Assembly (NCBI GenBank): GCA_964604905.1
Contig: CAZSCC010000370.1
Coordinates: forward strand, 3,676 to 67,675
Direction: 5' to 3'
DNA: 64,000 nt
From: an uncultured Planctomycetales bacterium
GTDB taxonomy: Bacteria > Planctomycetota > MHYJ01 > JACPRB01
Of the stretch, positions 45,738 through 53,893 are shown piece by piece. Position 1 is the first letter of the stretch. Each line of letters opens with the position of its first letter. A program made the translations under genes and the position numbers. Below the pieces are notes generated by a model. The model worked only from the letters and a program-made list of their open reading frames with translations, searched no databases and had not been told where the DNA came from.

Positions 45738-45809
45738 GGGAGTAAGACAATCAAAAGGGTATCCGAGGAGGGAGGGAAAGGGAAGAGGAGGGGTGATGAA
45801 ACAGGATGG
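45738..45809 (+). repeat. 72-bp direct repeat, copy 1
   Basis: gggagtaagacaatcaaaagggtatccgagg[a]gggagggaaagggaagaggaggggtgatgaaacaggatgg. It is 71/72 identical to 47238-47309 and contains a G3-N1-G3-N3-G3-N7-G4 tract (45770-45793). The last bases supply the ATG of ORF 45806. Confidence 0.95.
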
Positions 45810-46060
45810 GGGAAGTGACGGTGCGGCTCGAGGACCCCGCGAAGACCGAGGCCTTCCTGCTCTCGATCGCGCGTTACGTCTTCGATCTCGGCGACGTCAT
45901 GCCCGACGGCCGCGTGGTGAAGGGCCAGACCGGCGACCGCTGGATCATCCAGCGCACCCGGGCGTCCCACGTCCCCGCCCGGGAGAACCTCTTCCTGAAA
46001 TCCGCGAGCGACGTCCCGCCAACCGGCAACACAGTCATCACCCGCGCTCCGCTGGCCTGA
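45806..46060 (+). CDS. hypothetical protein (84 aa)
   Basis: The ATG is embedded in the end of repeat copy 1. Strong G/C third-position bias. MGEVTVRLEDPAKTEAFLLSIARYVFDLGDV... No family recognised. Confidence 0.45.
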   Translation: MGEVTVRLEDPAKTEAFLLSIARYVFDLGDVMPDGRVVKGQTGDRWIIQRTRASHVPARENLFLKSASDVPPTGNTVITRAPLA

Positions 46061-46078
46061 AGTTGATCAACCCTTGGG

Positions 46079-46879
46079 TCAGGGCGGCAGGTCGCCGGGC
46101 GGCGTGCGCGGGGCTTCGGGCAGGGTGATCGACCCCTTCAGCGGCGTCCGGGTCTTCAAGTCGCCGCCCGTCGCCAGCGTGAAGCCGTTCTCGACGGCCG
46201 CCGCGTCGATGGTGTCCAGCTTGGTGGCATCGGCCGTGAAGGTGGCCTTCCCGAGGGAGACCCAGGCCTCCTTCGTCGTGCGCACCCAGCCGTCGCTGAA
46301 CCGCGCCCGGCGCCGCTCGCCGACGCTCTTGCCGTCGCGCCGGAAATCCTCCACGAACGAGTAGTAGCCTTTCAGCGGCGAGCCCTTCGTCAGGGCGCGG
46401 AACGTCGCCAGGTGCACCCAGGCCTTCGTGTCGTTCCGGTAGAAGTATCCGGAGTAGGCGGTCTTCTCGCCCTCGACGGCCGCCCGCACCAGGAAGCGGC
46501 ACGGCTCGCCGATCTTCCACGCATAGGGGAACTTGCACTGCGCGCCGGTGCCCTCGCCCCCGAAGCGTCCGATCTTGACGTCGGCGTGCTGGTGCAGCAC
46601 CTCGACGCGCCGGTCGGCGGGCACGGACTTGGGGTCGTCGCCCTTCGTCGGATCCCAGACCGAGAACAGCACGATCTTGTCGCCCTTCGAGAGCTCCTGC
46701 ATGCCGAAGTAGCCGGTGTTCCATCCACAGGCCATGAAGTAGCTGCCGGGCGTCGATTCTTCGACGGACAGCGTGTTGTGGAACTCGGTCCCCTCTGCCG
46801 CGCTCCACCACAGGTGGACCGAGCGGGCGGCTTTCGGGGCGACGTCCTGCAGGGAAGCGAGCAGCAGCAGCGTGATCAT
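46079..46879 (-). CDS. DUF3472-like secreted protein
   Basis: 266 aa. 'YFMACGWNTGYFGMQE', 'IVLFSVWDP', 'FGGEGTGAQC' and 'YYSFVEDF' resemble the DUF3472/DUF5077 family as I remember it. Confidence 0.55.
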   Translation of the reverse strand: MITLLLLASLQDVAPKAARSVHLWWSAAEGTEFHNTLSVEESTPGSYFMACGWNTGYFGMQELSKGDKIVLFSVWDPTKGDDPKSVPADRRVEVLHQHADVKIGRFGGEGTGAQCKFPYAWKIGEPCRFLVRAAVEGEKTAYSGYFYRNDTKAWVHLATFRALTKGSPLKGYYSFVEDFRRDGKSVGERRRARFSDGWVRTTKEAWVSLGKATFTADATKLDTIDAAAVENGFTLATGGDLKTRTPLKGSITLPEAPRTPPGDLPP

Positions 46880-46886
46880 CGCGGGA

Positions 46887-47237
46887 TTATACGGGTCGCG
46901 CCGCCCGCCGTTGGATCGCCGCGGCCAGTCGCTCGGCGCTGCCCGGCTCGAGGTTCAGGAACAGCGACGGCTCCGTGGCTTCGAACTCCAGGAGCCGGGG
47001 CCCCGGCGCCAGATCCACCCGGGCGTACAGCAGCGGCGGCCCCGCCGCCGCGATGACCCGCTCCGCGAGCGCCCGCTCCGCCGGCGAGGGCTCTCGCCGC
47101 GAGAGGTCCTCCTTCACGAAGAGTCCGCCCACCAGCTCCGCGCCAGGCCGGAGCATCGGACCCTTGCGGATCGCGTGGCTTTAGCGGCTCTCCAGGAAGA
47201 CCAGCGCCGTCTCGCCGTCCCGGTCCGCGTCCTTCAG
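46887..47237 (-). pseudogene. 3' remnant of an ATP-grasp-type gene with an internal TAA
   Basis: The minus frame reads ...DADRDGETALVFLESR-[TAA 47183-47181]-SHAIRKGPMLRPGAELVGG...LLYARVDLAPGPRLLEFEATEPSLFL... Homologues as I recall them have F/Y-SHA-RK at that point. The 5' part is cut off exactly at repeat copy 2. Confidence 0.45.
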
Positions 47238-47309
47238 GGGAGTAAGACAATCAAAAGGGTATCCGAGGGGGGAGGGAAAGGGAAGAGGAGGGGTGATGAA
47301 ACAGGATGG
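47238..47309 (+). repeat. 72-bp direct repeat, copy 2
   Basis: Same sequence as 45738-45809 with a single A/G difference (45769 a, 47269 g). Offset is exactly 1500 bp. Confidence 0.95.
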
Positions 47310-47355
47310 AGGGGGAGTTTTCAAAGCCCCGCGACCGGAGGGAGCGATTTAAAAA

Positions 47356-47718
47356 GTGGGAGAGAGAGGGGCGTGGAAAGAGGGGCCGCAGGAAAGGGCC
47401 CGCTACGCCCCTTCACGCTGGACCCTTTGCGCGAAAGAGGCCTGCCCGAAAGGGCTCCTGATCCTGGAGGTCTGGCGCGCGGACGACGGGACGCTCGGGT
47501 GTCGAGCCAACGGGAAGGAGATCTCCACGCCCGGCGTGAAGCTGCCCGGGACCTTCGCGCTCACCGGGTTGGGCTTCGACGGCGAGGGTTCGTCGCAGTG
47601 GGACGATTACTGGATGGAATTCGTGATCTGCGACCGCCTGCCGGCCGCCGGGAAGCGCGACGCGTGCGGGGACTCCCTGCGGACCCAGTGGAAGAGCGAA
47701 GCCGGATCCAACCCGTGA
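47356..47718 (+). CDS. hypothetical protein or gene remnant (beta-sandwich/LamG-like C-terminal piece?)
   Basis: GTG start only. The first ~30 codons have poor codon bias, but from 'LLILEVWRADDGTLGCRANGKE...WDDYWMEFVI' the third positions look coding. A C-rich inverted partial copy of the repeat core follows. Confidence 0.3.
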   Translation: MGERGAWKEGPQERARYAPSRWTLCAKEACPKGLLILEVWRADDGTLGCRANGKEISTPGVKLPGTFALTGLGFDGEGSSQWDDYWMEFVICDRLPAAGKRDACGDSLRTQWKSEAGSNP

Positions 47719-47765
47719 GAACAGGACCCCCTCCCCTTTTCCCTCCCCGTTCCACGGGCATGATG

Positions 47766-47771
47766 TATAAT
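47766..47771 (+). promoter_or_regulatory. isolated perfect TATAAT upstream of gene 47801
   Basis: tataat sits 29 nt before ATG 47801, inside a short AT-rich island (atgtataattaatgcat) in otherwise GC-rich DNA. No convincing -35. Confidence 0.25.
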
Positions 47772-47800
47772 TAATGCATCTCGAGGGCAGGGACTGAGGA

Positions 47801-48835
47801 ATGGGGCGACCGATCGTTTACTGCGCGGAGTGCGGCGGCGCGCTCCGCGACGAGGATTTCCAGCGGGGCGGCGCGAGCCTTTCGGAGAACCAGCCTTATT
47901 GCTCGCGGTGCCGGCCTCCCACGCCCGCTCCGCGAGGCGCCTCTCCTTCCCGGCGCTCCTCCCGTCCCATCGCGGTCGTCGCGGGGCCGCGGCCCGCCAC
48001 CACCCGCCGCACCACGGCACCCCGCGCCAAGCTGCCGGTCGCGGCCTTCGCGGCGGCCGGAGGCGCCGCGCTCCTCCTCGTGATCGTGGTCGCCGCGGTC
48101 TTGTCGCGCTCCCAGCCGAAGACCGAGGTCGCCGTGCGGCCGCCGCCGGTCGAGACACCTCCCGCGCCCCTGCCCGCGCCGGCCCCGCGCCGGGCGGCCC
48201 CGGCGCGCGTGGAAACGCCTCCTCCGCAGGTCGAGGTCCCGTCGCCCCCCGCCGACCCGAACGTCGCCCTCGACCGCTGGCTCGAGGATATCCGCAAGCT
48301 CCGGGAGCAGGACCCCGGCTTTGGGAAGGCAGTCGAGGTGCGCTCCATGCTCCGTCAGGCGGTCGCGATTGCCCCGGCCTCCCGCCGCCCGCAGGTCGAG
48401 CTGATCGCCGCCGAGTACGAGAATGCCGCGACCTCGAAAGCACCCCCGAAGGAGCCGGCGACTGCCGTCCCCGGCTTCATCGCCGGCTTCACCCTCATCA
48501 ACGCCGACACGGCCAAACCGGTCCCGGGCTTCGATCCCGTTCCGGAAGGCGCCACGATCGACCTATCGAAGATCGGGACCCGTAAGCTCAACCTCCGCGC
48601 CAACGTCGCCGGCGGCAAGGTCGGCTGCATCCGCTTCTCGGTGAACGACCAGCCGACCGTCGTGGAGTGGACCGCGCCCCACGCGGTCTTCGGGGACCAG
48701 CATGGGAAGTACAAGCCGTGGACGCCGCCGTTGGGCCTCCATTGCGTGCGCGCCGACGTGTTTTCGGTAGGCGATCCCAAGGGCAATCCGGTTTCGAACA
48801 AGACCCTGCGCTTCACCGTCGTCGACCCCCGCTGA
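47801..48835 (+). CDS. zinc-ribbon / single-TM / Pro-rich linker / C-terminal beta-sandwich domain protein
   Basis: 344 aa. 'YCAECGG...YCSRCR', a TM (AAFAAAGGAALLLVIVVAAVL), a PAPxP linker and a C-terminal 'FTLINADT...IDLSK...LNLRANV...IRFSVN' carbohydrate-binding-like fold pattern. Confidence 0.6.
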   Translation: MGRPIVYCAECGGALRDEDFQRGGASLSENQPYCSRCRPPTPAPRGASPSRRSSRPIAVVAGPRPATTRRTTAPRAKLPVAAFAAAGGAALLLVIVVAAVLSRSQPKTEVAVRPPPVETPPAPLPAPAPRRAAPARVETPPPQVEVPSPPADPNVALDRWLEDIRKLREQDPGFGKAVEVRSMLRQAVAIAPASRRPQVELIAAEYENAATSKAPPKEPATAVPGFIAGFTLINADTAKPVPGFDPVPEGATIDLSKIGTRKLNLRANVAGGKVGCIRFSVNDQPTVVEWTAPHAVFGDQHGKYKPWTPPLGLHCVRADVFSVGDPKGNPVSNKTLRFTVVDPR

Positions 48836-48902
48836 TCCGCCCCGATGTAATGCCCGCCTCTACTCCGCTTATGGGGCGGGAATCGAGGAGGCTTCGACAC
48901 CG

Positions 48903-49295
48903 ATGAAAACCCTGATGCTCGCGCTCGCGGCCCTCGCGGGGACGTCGCAGGACCGCTCGGACGTCCCGCTCGAGGTCGAGCCCTCCGACCCGGCCGTCGC
49001 GAAGATCGTGATCCTGGCCGGCTCGTTCAGCAAGTGCAGGGGCGAGCACGAGTACTTCGCGGGATCGGCGCTCCTGGCGAAGCTGCTCCGACAGATGCCG
49101 GGCTTCTTTCCCGTTCTTGCCGCCGACGGTTGGCCGAAGAACGAGCGGATCCTCGAGGGCGCGAAGACCGTCGTCTTCTACATGGATGGACGCCGGGGGC
49201 AAGCAGCCCTTCCTCACGGCCGAGCGGATGGACCGGATCGAGAGGCTCGCCGCGCGCGGCGCCGGGATCGTCCACCTTCACCAGGTCATCGAGAT
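48903..49295 (+). pseudogene. ThuA-like (glutamine-amidotransferase-like fold) gene remnant: frameshifted and 3'-truncated
   Basis: Signal + 'KIVILAGSFSKCRGEHEYFAGSALLAKLL...AKTVVFYMDG', then the sensible reading jumps frame at ~49190 to 'GGKQPFLTAERMDRIERLAARGAGIVHLHQVIE'. Homology-like sequence and high GC end near 49295. The end coordinate is approximate. Confidence 0.45.
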
Positions 49296-49434
49296 TCTCG
49301 CGGCCCGGGCTCTGACCCGTCAGATGATCGTTGTAGTCCGCCGCAACGATCCCGTCGAAACTAGTAAGGCCGCCGCTTTCGATGGCTGCGAAGAAGCGGC
49401 GAACTAGAGCCTAATTCTCTTCAATGGAAGACAT
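49296..49434 (-). pseudogene. SnoaL-like ester cyclase gene remnant: nonsense codon plus 3' truncation
   Basis: GGAGGA-aac-ATG 49434, then MSSIEEN-[TAG 49413-49411]-ALVRRFFAAIESGGLTSFDGIVAADYNDHLTGQSPGRE. The common family opening is '..EENKALVRRF', so the TAG replaces the Lys codon. It runs into the ThuA-like remnant. The start coordinate is approximate. Confidence 0.5.
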
Positions 49435-49481
49435 GTTTCCTCCGGTGTCCATGTCCGATGTGATCTTGTCTCCTTCCACAG

Positions 49482-49910
49482 CTAGAACATGCCATTTGCG
49501 TGGGCGGCCTTCTTCGGATCGCCGACCTCTTGCAGCACGTCCCAGTGCTCGATGGCCTTGCCGTCCGTGTCCATCTTGTAAATGTCAACGCCGGCAAACC
49601 CTCGGTCCTGCGGGTCGTCGTTGAACAGGTTGATGAAATTGACATGTGCCCAGACATAGTCAGCGACGGCGATGATGCGGTGAACGACGACTCGGAGATT
49701 GGCGCGATCCTTGGCCACTTTGGCGAAGAAGGCGCCGAGCCCAGCGGCACCATCCGGGACGATCGGATTGTGCTGGACGTATTGGGGCGCCAAGTATTTG
49801 CCCACCGCTTCTTGGGCCTGCTTCTTGTTGAGCATCAGATCGTAGAAAGCGAGAACGTTGTCCTTGTTGCGAACGGCGCGACGATCATTGGGATCGACGG
49901 TTACGATCAT
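49482..49910 (-). CDS. SnoaL-like / NTF2-fold protein
   Basis: 142 aa. 'NKDNVLAFYDLMLN', 'YLAPQYVQHNP', 'DYVWAHV' and 'GVDIYKMDTDGKAIEHWDVLQ'. Lower-GC codon usage than the flanking chromosome. Confidence 0.75.
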   Translation of the reverse strand: MIVTVDPNDRRAVRNKDNVLAFYDLMLNKKQAQEAVGKYLAPQYVQHNPIVPDGAAGLGAFFAKVAKDRANLRVVVHRIIAVADYVWAHVNFINLFNDDPQDRGFAGVDIYKMDTDGKAIEHWDVLQEVGDPKKAAHANGMF

Positions 49911-50788
49911 GAGTTTCTCCTTTCAGATGTTAGAGGCCGACGATACGGAGGCGAAGCGCATCCTGCTCGGCATCGGGCTTCTCACGGACGCGCCGGAGTA
50001 CAACTTTGGCATCCACTCCCCGGCTCAGCGCGGGTATCCGCTCGGCGAGCTCGCCTGCTGAGGGTAGATGATAGGCAGAAGAGCTGCGCTGTTCCAGCCT
50101 GCGTGAGAACATGCGGGCAGGACGAGAGGAAGGAGGCGCAGCGATGGTGTACTACGCGGGAATCGATCTGGGAAAGAGTGAAAGATCTTCTATGAGGAAG
50201 TGGTCAGGGGGGCCAAGGGAACCCTCTCAAAAGACCCATGGCTGCGATGCCATCGTCCTGAAGACCAGCGAGGTCACAGGGTCACGGAGGACGGGGACAT
50301 CTTCATCAAGGGAGCACTCGACTTCGAGAAGTCCCTCTGCGGTACTGTCGCATGAACGGGTCCAAGTTACAATTCGAGTCACGTTGCTGTGACGTCCGGA
50401 TTCCTGCCGTTCACGACATCCATCAGGGTAGCTCTAAGGTTGACCAGGATTGGATGAGGCAGAGATGGGCACCCCCCAGGCAGGACCCTCGCGCCCGACC
50501 CGCCTTCGCTCATCTTGTTGGGCTGGAGCTACGGAGGACAAGAGGGCGCGGGGCCCGAAGGGTATGATCTAGGAAGATATTCGACGAAGGGACGATCAAG
50601 CAGGCGAGTGTGAGTTATCCGGCTTGGACCGCTGAAGAGAGGGGATTCCTTTCGCCACAGCGGACCTTGCCTGGCTTCGACGAGATGTCGGCAGCCGCAA
50701 GGGTTCGGACAGCCCTATCGCTTGCCTTGGAGCATGCCGGTCCTCCTGTCATAATGGAGCTTCGTACGAATTTGAGGAGGGCGATCCC

Positions 50789-51340
50789 ATGCGGACGATG
50801 GATGTCCTGGCTATTTGTTCCGGCGTGCTGCTGATCTGCGTCTCCTGCGAGGAGGGGAAAGCGACTCCCTCTCCGGCATCCAAGGCACATGCCGAGAGCA
50901 CGCTGTATCAGACCTTCGAGGGCGGCAAACTCATGGAGAGGTACTCCCCCCGGTTCGAAAGTGTTTCCAGCGGAGGCAGCCGCTCCAACGTGACCCTCAC
51001 GCCCCCCGGCGAAATGTTCCGGGACTTCAGCCTGAGGGGGAAGATCTCCACGGACAAACTCAAACCCCTCCTGACGGACCTCAAGGCCGATCTGCTGAGT
51101 CTCGCGAAGGCGAGCGGAGTGGAGATTGTCCAGGAGCCCAGGGAGATGGGGGCAGGCCGACTCGACGGGCTTCCCTACGCCCCGTTCAAGACCGAGTACG
51201 CCGGCAGCCTCCAGGGATTCCATTTCACGTACCGCCAGGGTTCCATCGTGGGCGCCGTCGATGTGCTGGCTGGAAGCAGCACAGGCGGGGCGGAGAAGGA
51301 ATGGATGCTCGTGTGTTCGGTGCATGAGGCGACCCGATGA
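50789..51340 (+). CDS. hypothetical secreted/lipoprotein-like protein (183 aa)
   Basis: GAGGAGGG SD, ATG 50789 and a hydrophobic N-terminus ending 'LLICVSC'. No family recognised. Lower-GC region. Confidence 0.45.
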   Translation: MRTMDVLAICSGVLLICVSCEEGKATPSPASKAHAESTLYQTFEGGKLMERYSPRFESVSSGGSRSNVTLTPPGEMFRDFSLRGKISTDKLKPLLTDLKADLLSLAKASGVEIVQEPREMGAGRLDGLPYAPFKTEYAGSLQGFHFTYRQGSIVGAVDVLAGSSTGGAEKEWMLVCSVHEATR

Positions 51341-51474
51341 CGGCCGCGTTCGGCAGCCTCAAGAAGCGGGAAGCTTTCATCAGGGGGGATCTGCTCCTGT
51401 GAGGATAAGGCATTTAAAGGGGTAGGGAAGAGGGGAAGGATAGTCAGGGGCGGAGTGGTCAGGTTCGAAAGCAA

Positions 51475-51495
51475 CCCGCGACCGCTGGTCGCGGG
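51475..51495 (-). terminator. GC-rich hairpin, possible intrinsic terminator downstream of tkt
   Basis: cccgcgacc-gct-ggtcgcggg (9-bp stem, 3-nt loop). On the minus strand it is followed by UUGCUUUCG. It lies ~165 nt past the tkt stop, so the assignment is tentative. Confidence 0.35.
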
Positions 51496-51657
51496 ACAAA
51501 AACGAGGGCGAATTCAGATCACGGGTTCTTTATTGAGACCACGCCGCGCAATGTAACACGACGATTCGTAACATGGGGTAACGCGAGAGCCCCCGGCTGC
51601 CGTGCATGAATAGGACACGGTAAAACGACCGGCGGGGGCCCTCGAGGGAGAGGCGCG

Positions 51658-53724
51658 CTACGCGAGCGACTTCAGCTTCTGGAGCGCGCCCTTGTAGTCG
51701 GCGAGATAGGCCTCGGCGACCTTGACGACCGTGTCCGGCGTGTAGCCGAACTTCTCGTCGAGCACCTTGAAGGGCGCCGAGGCGCCGAAGCGGGTCATGC
51801 CGTAGACGTGGCCGAGCGGGCCGACCAGACCCCGGAGGGTCGACGGTTCGCCCGCCGTCCAGCCGAGCGCCGGGACGCCGAACGGAAGGACGCCCTCCTG
51901 GTACGCCTCCGTCTGCTCGCGGAAGAGGCCTTCGGAGGGGGCCGAGACCACCCGCACCTTGAGGCCCTTCCTGGCCAGCAGCGCCGCGCCCTCCACCAGG
52001 AGCGAGACCTCCGAGCCGTTGGCGAGCAGGATCAGGTCGGGTCGCGACGGCGTCTCCGCCACGGTGTAGGCGCCGCGAGGCACGCCGGCGAACGCCGCGG
52101 CGCGGCGGTCCGCCCCCCCGGGAAGGTCGGCCACCGGCTGGCGCGTGAGAACGAGCCCGACGGGTCCGTGCGCCTCGAGCGCGAGCCGCCACGCCGCCGT
52201 CGTCTCGTGCGCGTCGCCGGGACGGAGCGCGAGAAAGCTGCGGTGGCCCTCCAGGTTCTTCAGGCGCTCGAGGAGCCGGAGCTGCGCCTCCTGCTCGATC
52301 GGCTGGTGCGTGGGGCCGTCCTCGCCGACGCGGAAGGCGTCGTGCGTCCAGAGGTAGATCACATGGGCGCCCATGAGCGCGGCCAGGCGGATCGCCGGCT
52401 TCTGGAAATCGCTGAAGCAGAAGAACGTCCCGCCCGCCGGGATCACGCCGCCGTGCAGCGCCATGCCGGTCATGATTCCCGCCATCGTCAGCTCGGCCAC
52501 GCCCGCCTGGAGGAAGGCGCCGGAGAAGTCGCCCTTCCGGAAGATCTTCGTCTTCTTGAGGAAGCCCTCCGTGTAGTCGCTGTCGGAGAGGTCGGCGGAC
52601 ATGACGACCAGGTTCTCGACCCTGCCCGCGAGGTAGTGGAGGACGTTCTTCGACGCCGCCCGCGTGGCCTCGCCCGACTTCTGCTCGACCGCGTTCCAGT
52701 CGAGCGCGGGGAGCTTCCCGGAATGGAAGAGATCGAGCTTCTTCGCGAGCTCCCCGTTCGACTTCGCCCAGTCGGCCTCCGCCTGGCGGCGCGCCTTCAG
52801 GGCCACGCGCTTCTCCCCGAGCACGCCAGCCATGGCCTGCTTCACGTCGGCGGGGATCTGGAAGGGGTTCTTCGGGTCGCCGCCCAGCGTCTCGATCGTC
52901 TTCTCGTAGCTTGCCTCGCTCTTGCTGAGCGGGTTGCCGTGCAGCTTCGGAGAGCCCTCGTAGGGCGTGCCGTCCGCCTTGACCGCGCCCTTGCCCATCA
53001 CGGTGCGGCCGATGATGAGGGTCGGCTTCTCCTTCTCGGCCCACGCACGCGCGAGCGCGGCGCGCATCGCGTCGAAGTCGTGGCCGTCGACCGACTCGGT
53101 CCGCCAGCCCCAGGCCTCGTACTTCTTGGCCGTGTCTTCCGACATGGCGTCGGCGGTCATGTGGGAAAGCTGGACGCGGTTGGAGTCGTAGAACATGACG
53201 AGGTTGTGGAGCCCGAGGTGGCCGGCGAGGCGGCCCACGCCCTGGCTGGCCTCCTCCTGGACTCCGCCGTCGCTGATGTAGGCGACGGTCTTGTGGTCCT
53301 GCCAGGCGCCGAAGCGGGCGGAGAGGAAGCGTTCGGCGATCGCGGCGCCGCAGGCCATGAGGTGGCCCTGGCCGAGGGGCCCCGAAGTGTTCTCGAGGCC
53401 GCGCTTGGGGTCGAGCTCGGGGTGGCCGGGGGTGACACTGCCCCACTGGCGGAACGCGGCCAGGTCGTCCATCGAATAGGCGCCCACGAGCGAGAGGGTG
53501 CCGTACATCATGGCGGAGAGGTGGCCCGCGTCCTGGAAGAAGCGGTCGCGGTGGCGCCACGCGAGGTCGTCCGGATCGTACGAGAGGAATTCGGTGTAGA
53601 GGAGGGCCATGAAGTCGGCGCCGCCCATGGGGCCGCCCGGGTGGCCGGATTTCGCCTTCTCCGGCATGGCGGCGGAGAGGACGCGGATGGTGTCGGCGAC
53701 GCGCTTGAGGGTGCGGTTGTCCAT
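51658..53724 (-). CDS. tkt: transketolase
   Basis: ATG 53724 lies within the longer track ORF 51658..54153. 'SGHPGGPMGGADF', 'RDRFFQDAGH', 'GSVTPGHPE', 'TSGPLGQGH' and 'GEDGPTHQPIEQ'; 688 aa. Confidence 0.9.
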   Translation of the reverse strand: MDNRTLKRVADTIRVLSAAMPEKAKSGHPGGPMGGADFMALLYTEFLSYDPDDLAWRHRDRFFQDAGHLSAMMYGTLSLVGAYSMDDLAAFRQWGSVTPGHPELDPKRGLENTSGPLGQGHLMACGAAIAERFLSARFGAWQDHKTVAYISDGGVQEEASQGVGRLAGHLGLHNLVMFYDSNRVQLSHMTADAMSEDTAKKYEAWGWRTESVDGHDFDAMRAALARAWAEKEKPTLIIGRTVMGKGAVKADGTPYEGSPKLHGNPLSKSEASYEKTIETLGGDPKNPFQIPADVKQAMAGVLGEKRVALKARRQAEADWAKSNGELAKKLDLFHSGKLPALDWNAVEQKSGEATRAASKNVLHYLAGRVENLVVMSADLSDSDYTEGFLKKTKIFRKGDFSGAFLQAGVAELTMAGIMTGMALHGGVIPAGGTFFCFSDFQKPAIRLAALMGAHVIYLWTHDAFRVGEDGPTHQPIEQEAQLRLLERLKNLEGHRSFLALRPGDAHETTAAWRLALEAHGPVGLVLTRQPVADLPGGADRRAAAFAGVPRGAYTVAETPSRPDLILLANGSEVSLLVEGAALLARKGLKVRVVSAPSEGLFREQTEAYQEGVLPFGVPALGWTAGEPSTLRGLVGPLGHVYGMTRFGASAPFKVLDEKFGYTPDTVVKVAEAYLADYKGALQKLKSLA

Positions 53725-53893
53725 GAGGGGGTCCCCTGATCGAACACGGTCTCGGGCGCCGAGGGGGGTGAGTATACGGAGGATGGGGCGGGGAGGGAAG
53801 GGATTGGGTGACCGGGAGGGCGGGCCGCGGGTCGCGTGATAGAATCCCCTGTTCCATCTCCGGGCACGTCGGATACGATCCTGGGAGAACGGG

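Noticed and set aside
45735-45745. A TGA directly upstream of the hydrolase remnant frame (…PF-TGA-LSYSHDDK…) was considered as a second Sec codon.
   Set aside because: The sequence upstream of it belongs to the 72-bp repeat and has no hydrolase-like meaning. There is no redox motif and no hairpin, so it is an ordinary stop at a truncation junction.
45738-47309. The 72-bp repeats differ by a single A-to-G change, which raised the idea of a diversity-generating retroelement (template/variable repeat pair).
   Set aside because: There is no reverse transcriptase or accessory gene nearby. The repeats are not inside a C-terminal variable region of a target protein. One substitution is not an adenine-mutagenesis pattern.
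49930-50112. A 60-aa minus-strand ORF (…LPSAGELAERIPALSRGVDAKVVLRRVREKPDAEQDALRLRIV) looks vaguely like the second helix-turn-helix of an AraC-type regulator upstream of the SnoaL-like gene.
   Set aside because: It is far too short for a functional AraC protein, and the similarity is only a loose pattern. It is at best another remnant.
50144-50180. 'MVYYAGIDLGKSE' after a GGAAGGAGG SD resembles the N-terminus of IS110-family transposases, and also of actin-fold ATPases.
   Set aside because: Only ~12 residues match, nothing recognisable follows in any frame, and the motif is not specific. It could be a tiny remnant, but the evidence is insufficient to call a mobile element.
50610-50834. A 74-aa plus-strand ORF (GTG start) upstream of and overlapping the lipoprotein-like gene.
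   Set aside because: It has no SD, weak codon bias and no recognisable family, and it overlaps the better-supported ORF 50789..51340.
51462-51475. 'GGTTCGAAAGC' resembles a tRNA T-loop and could have marked a tRNA-fragment att site at the island border.
   Set aside because: The flanking bases do not form a T-stem or acceptor stem, and no tRNA cloverleaf can be drawn.
51553-51582. Three GTAAC pentamers (51553, 51568, 51578), plus another at ~44602, raised the idea of binding sites related to the CGTAAC ends of the 31-bp palindromes.
   Set aside because: A pentamer of this composition is expected dozens of times in 64 kb, and there is no extended similarity to the palindrome arms.
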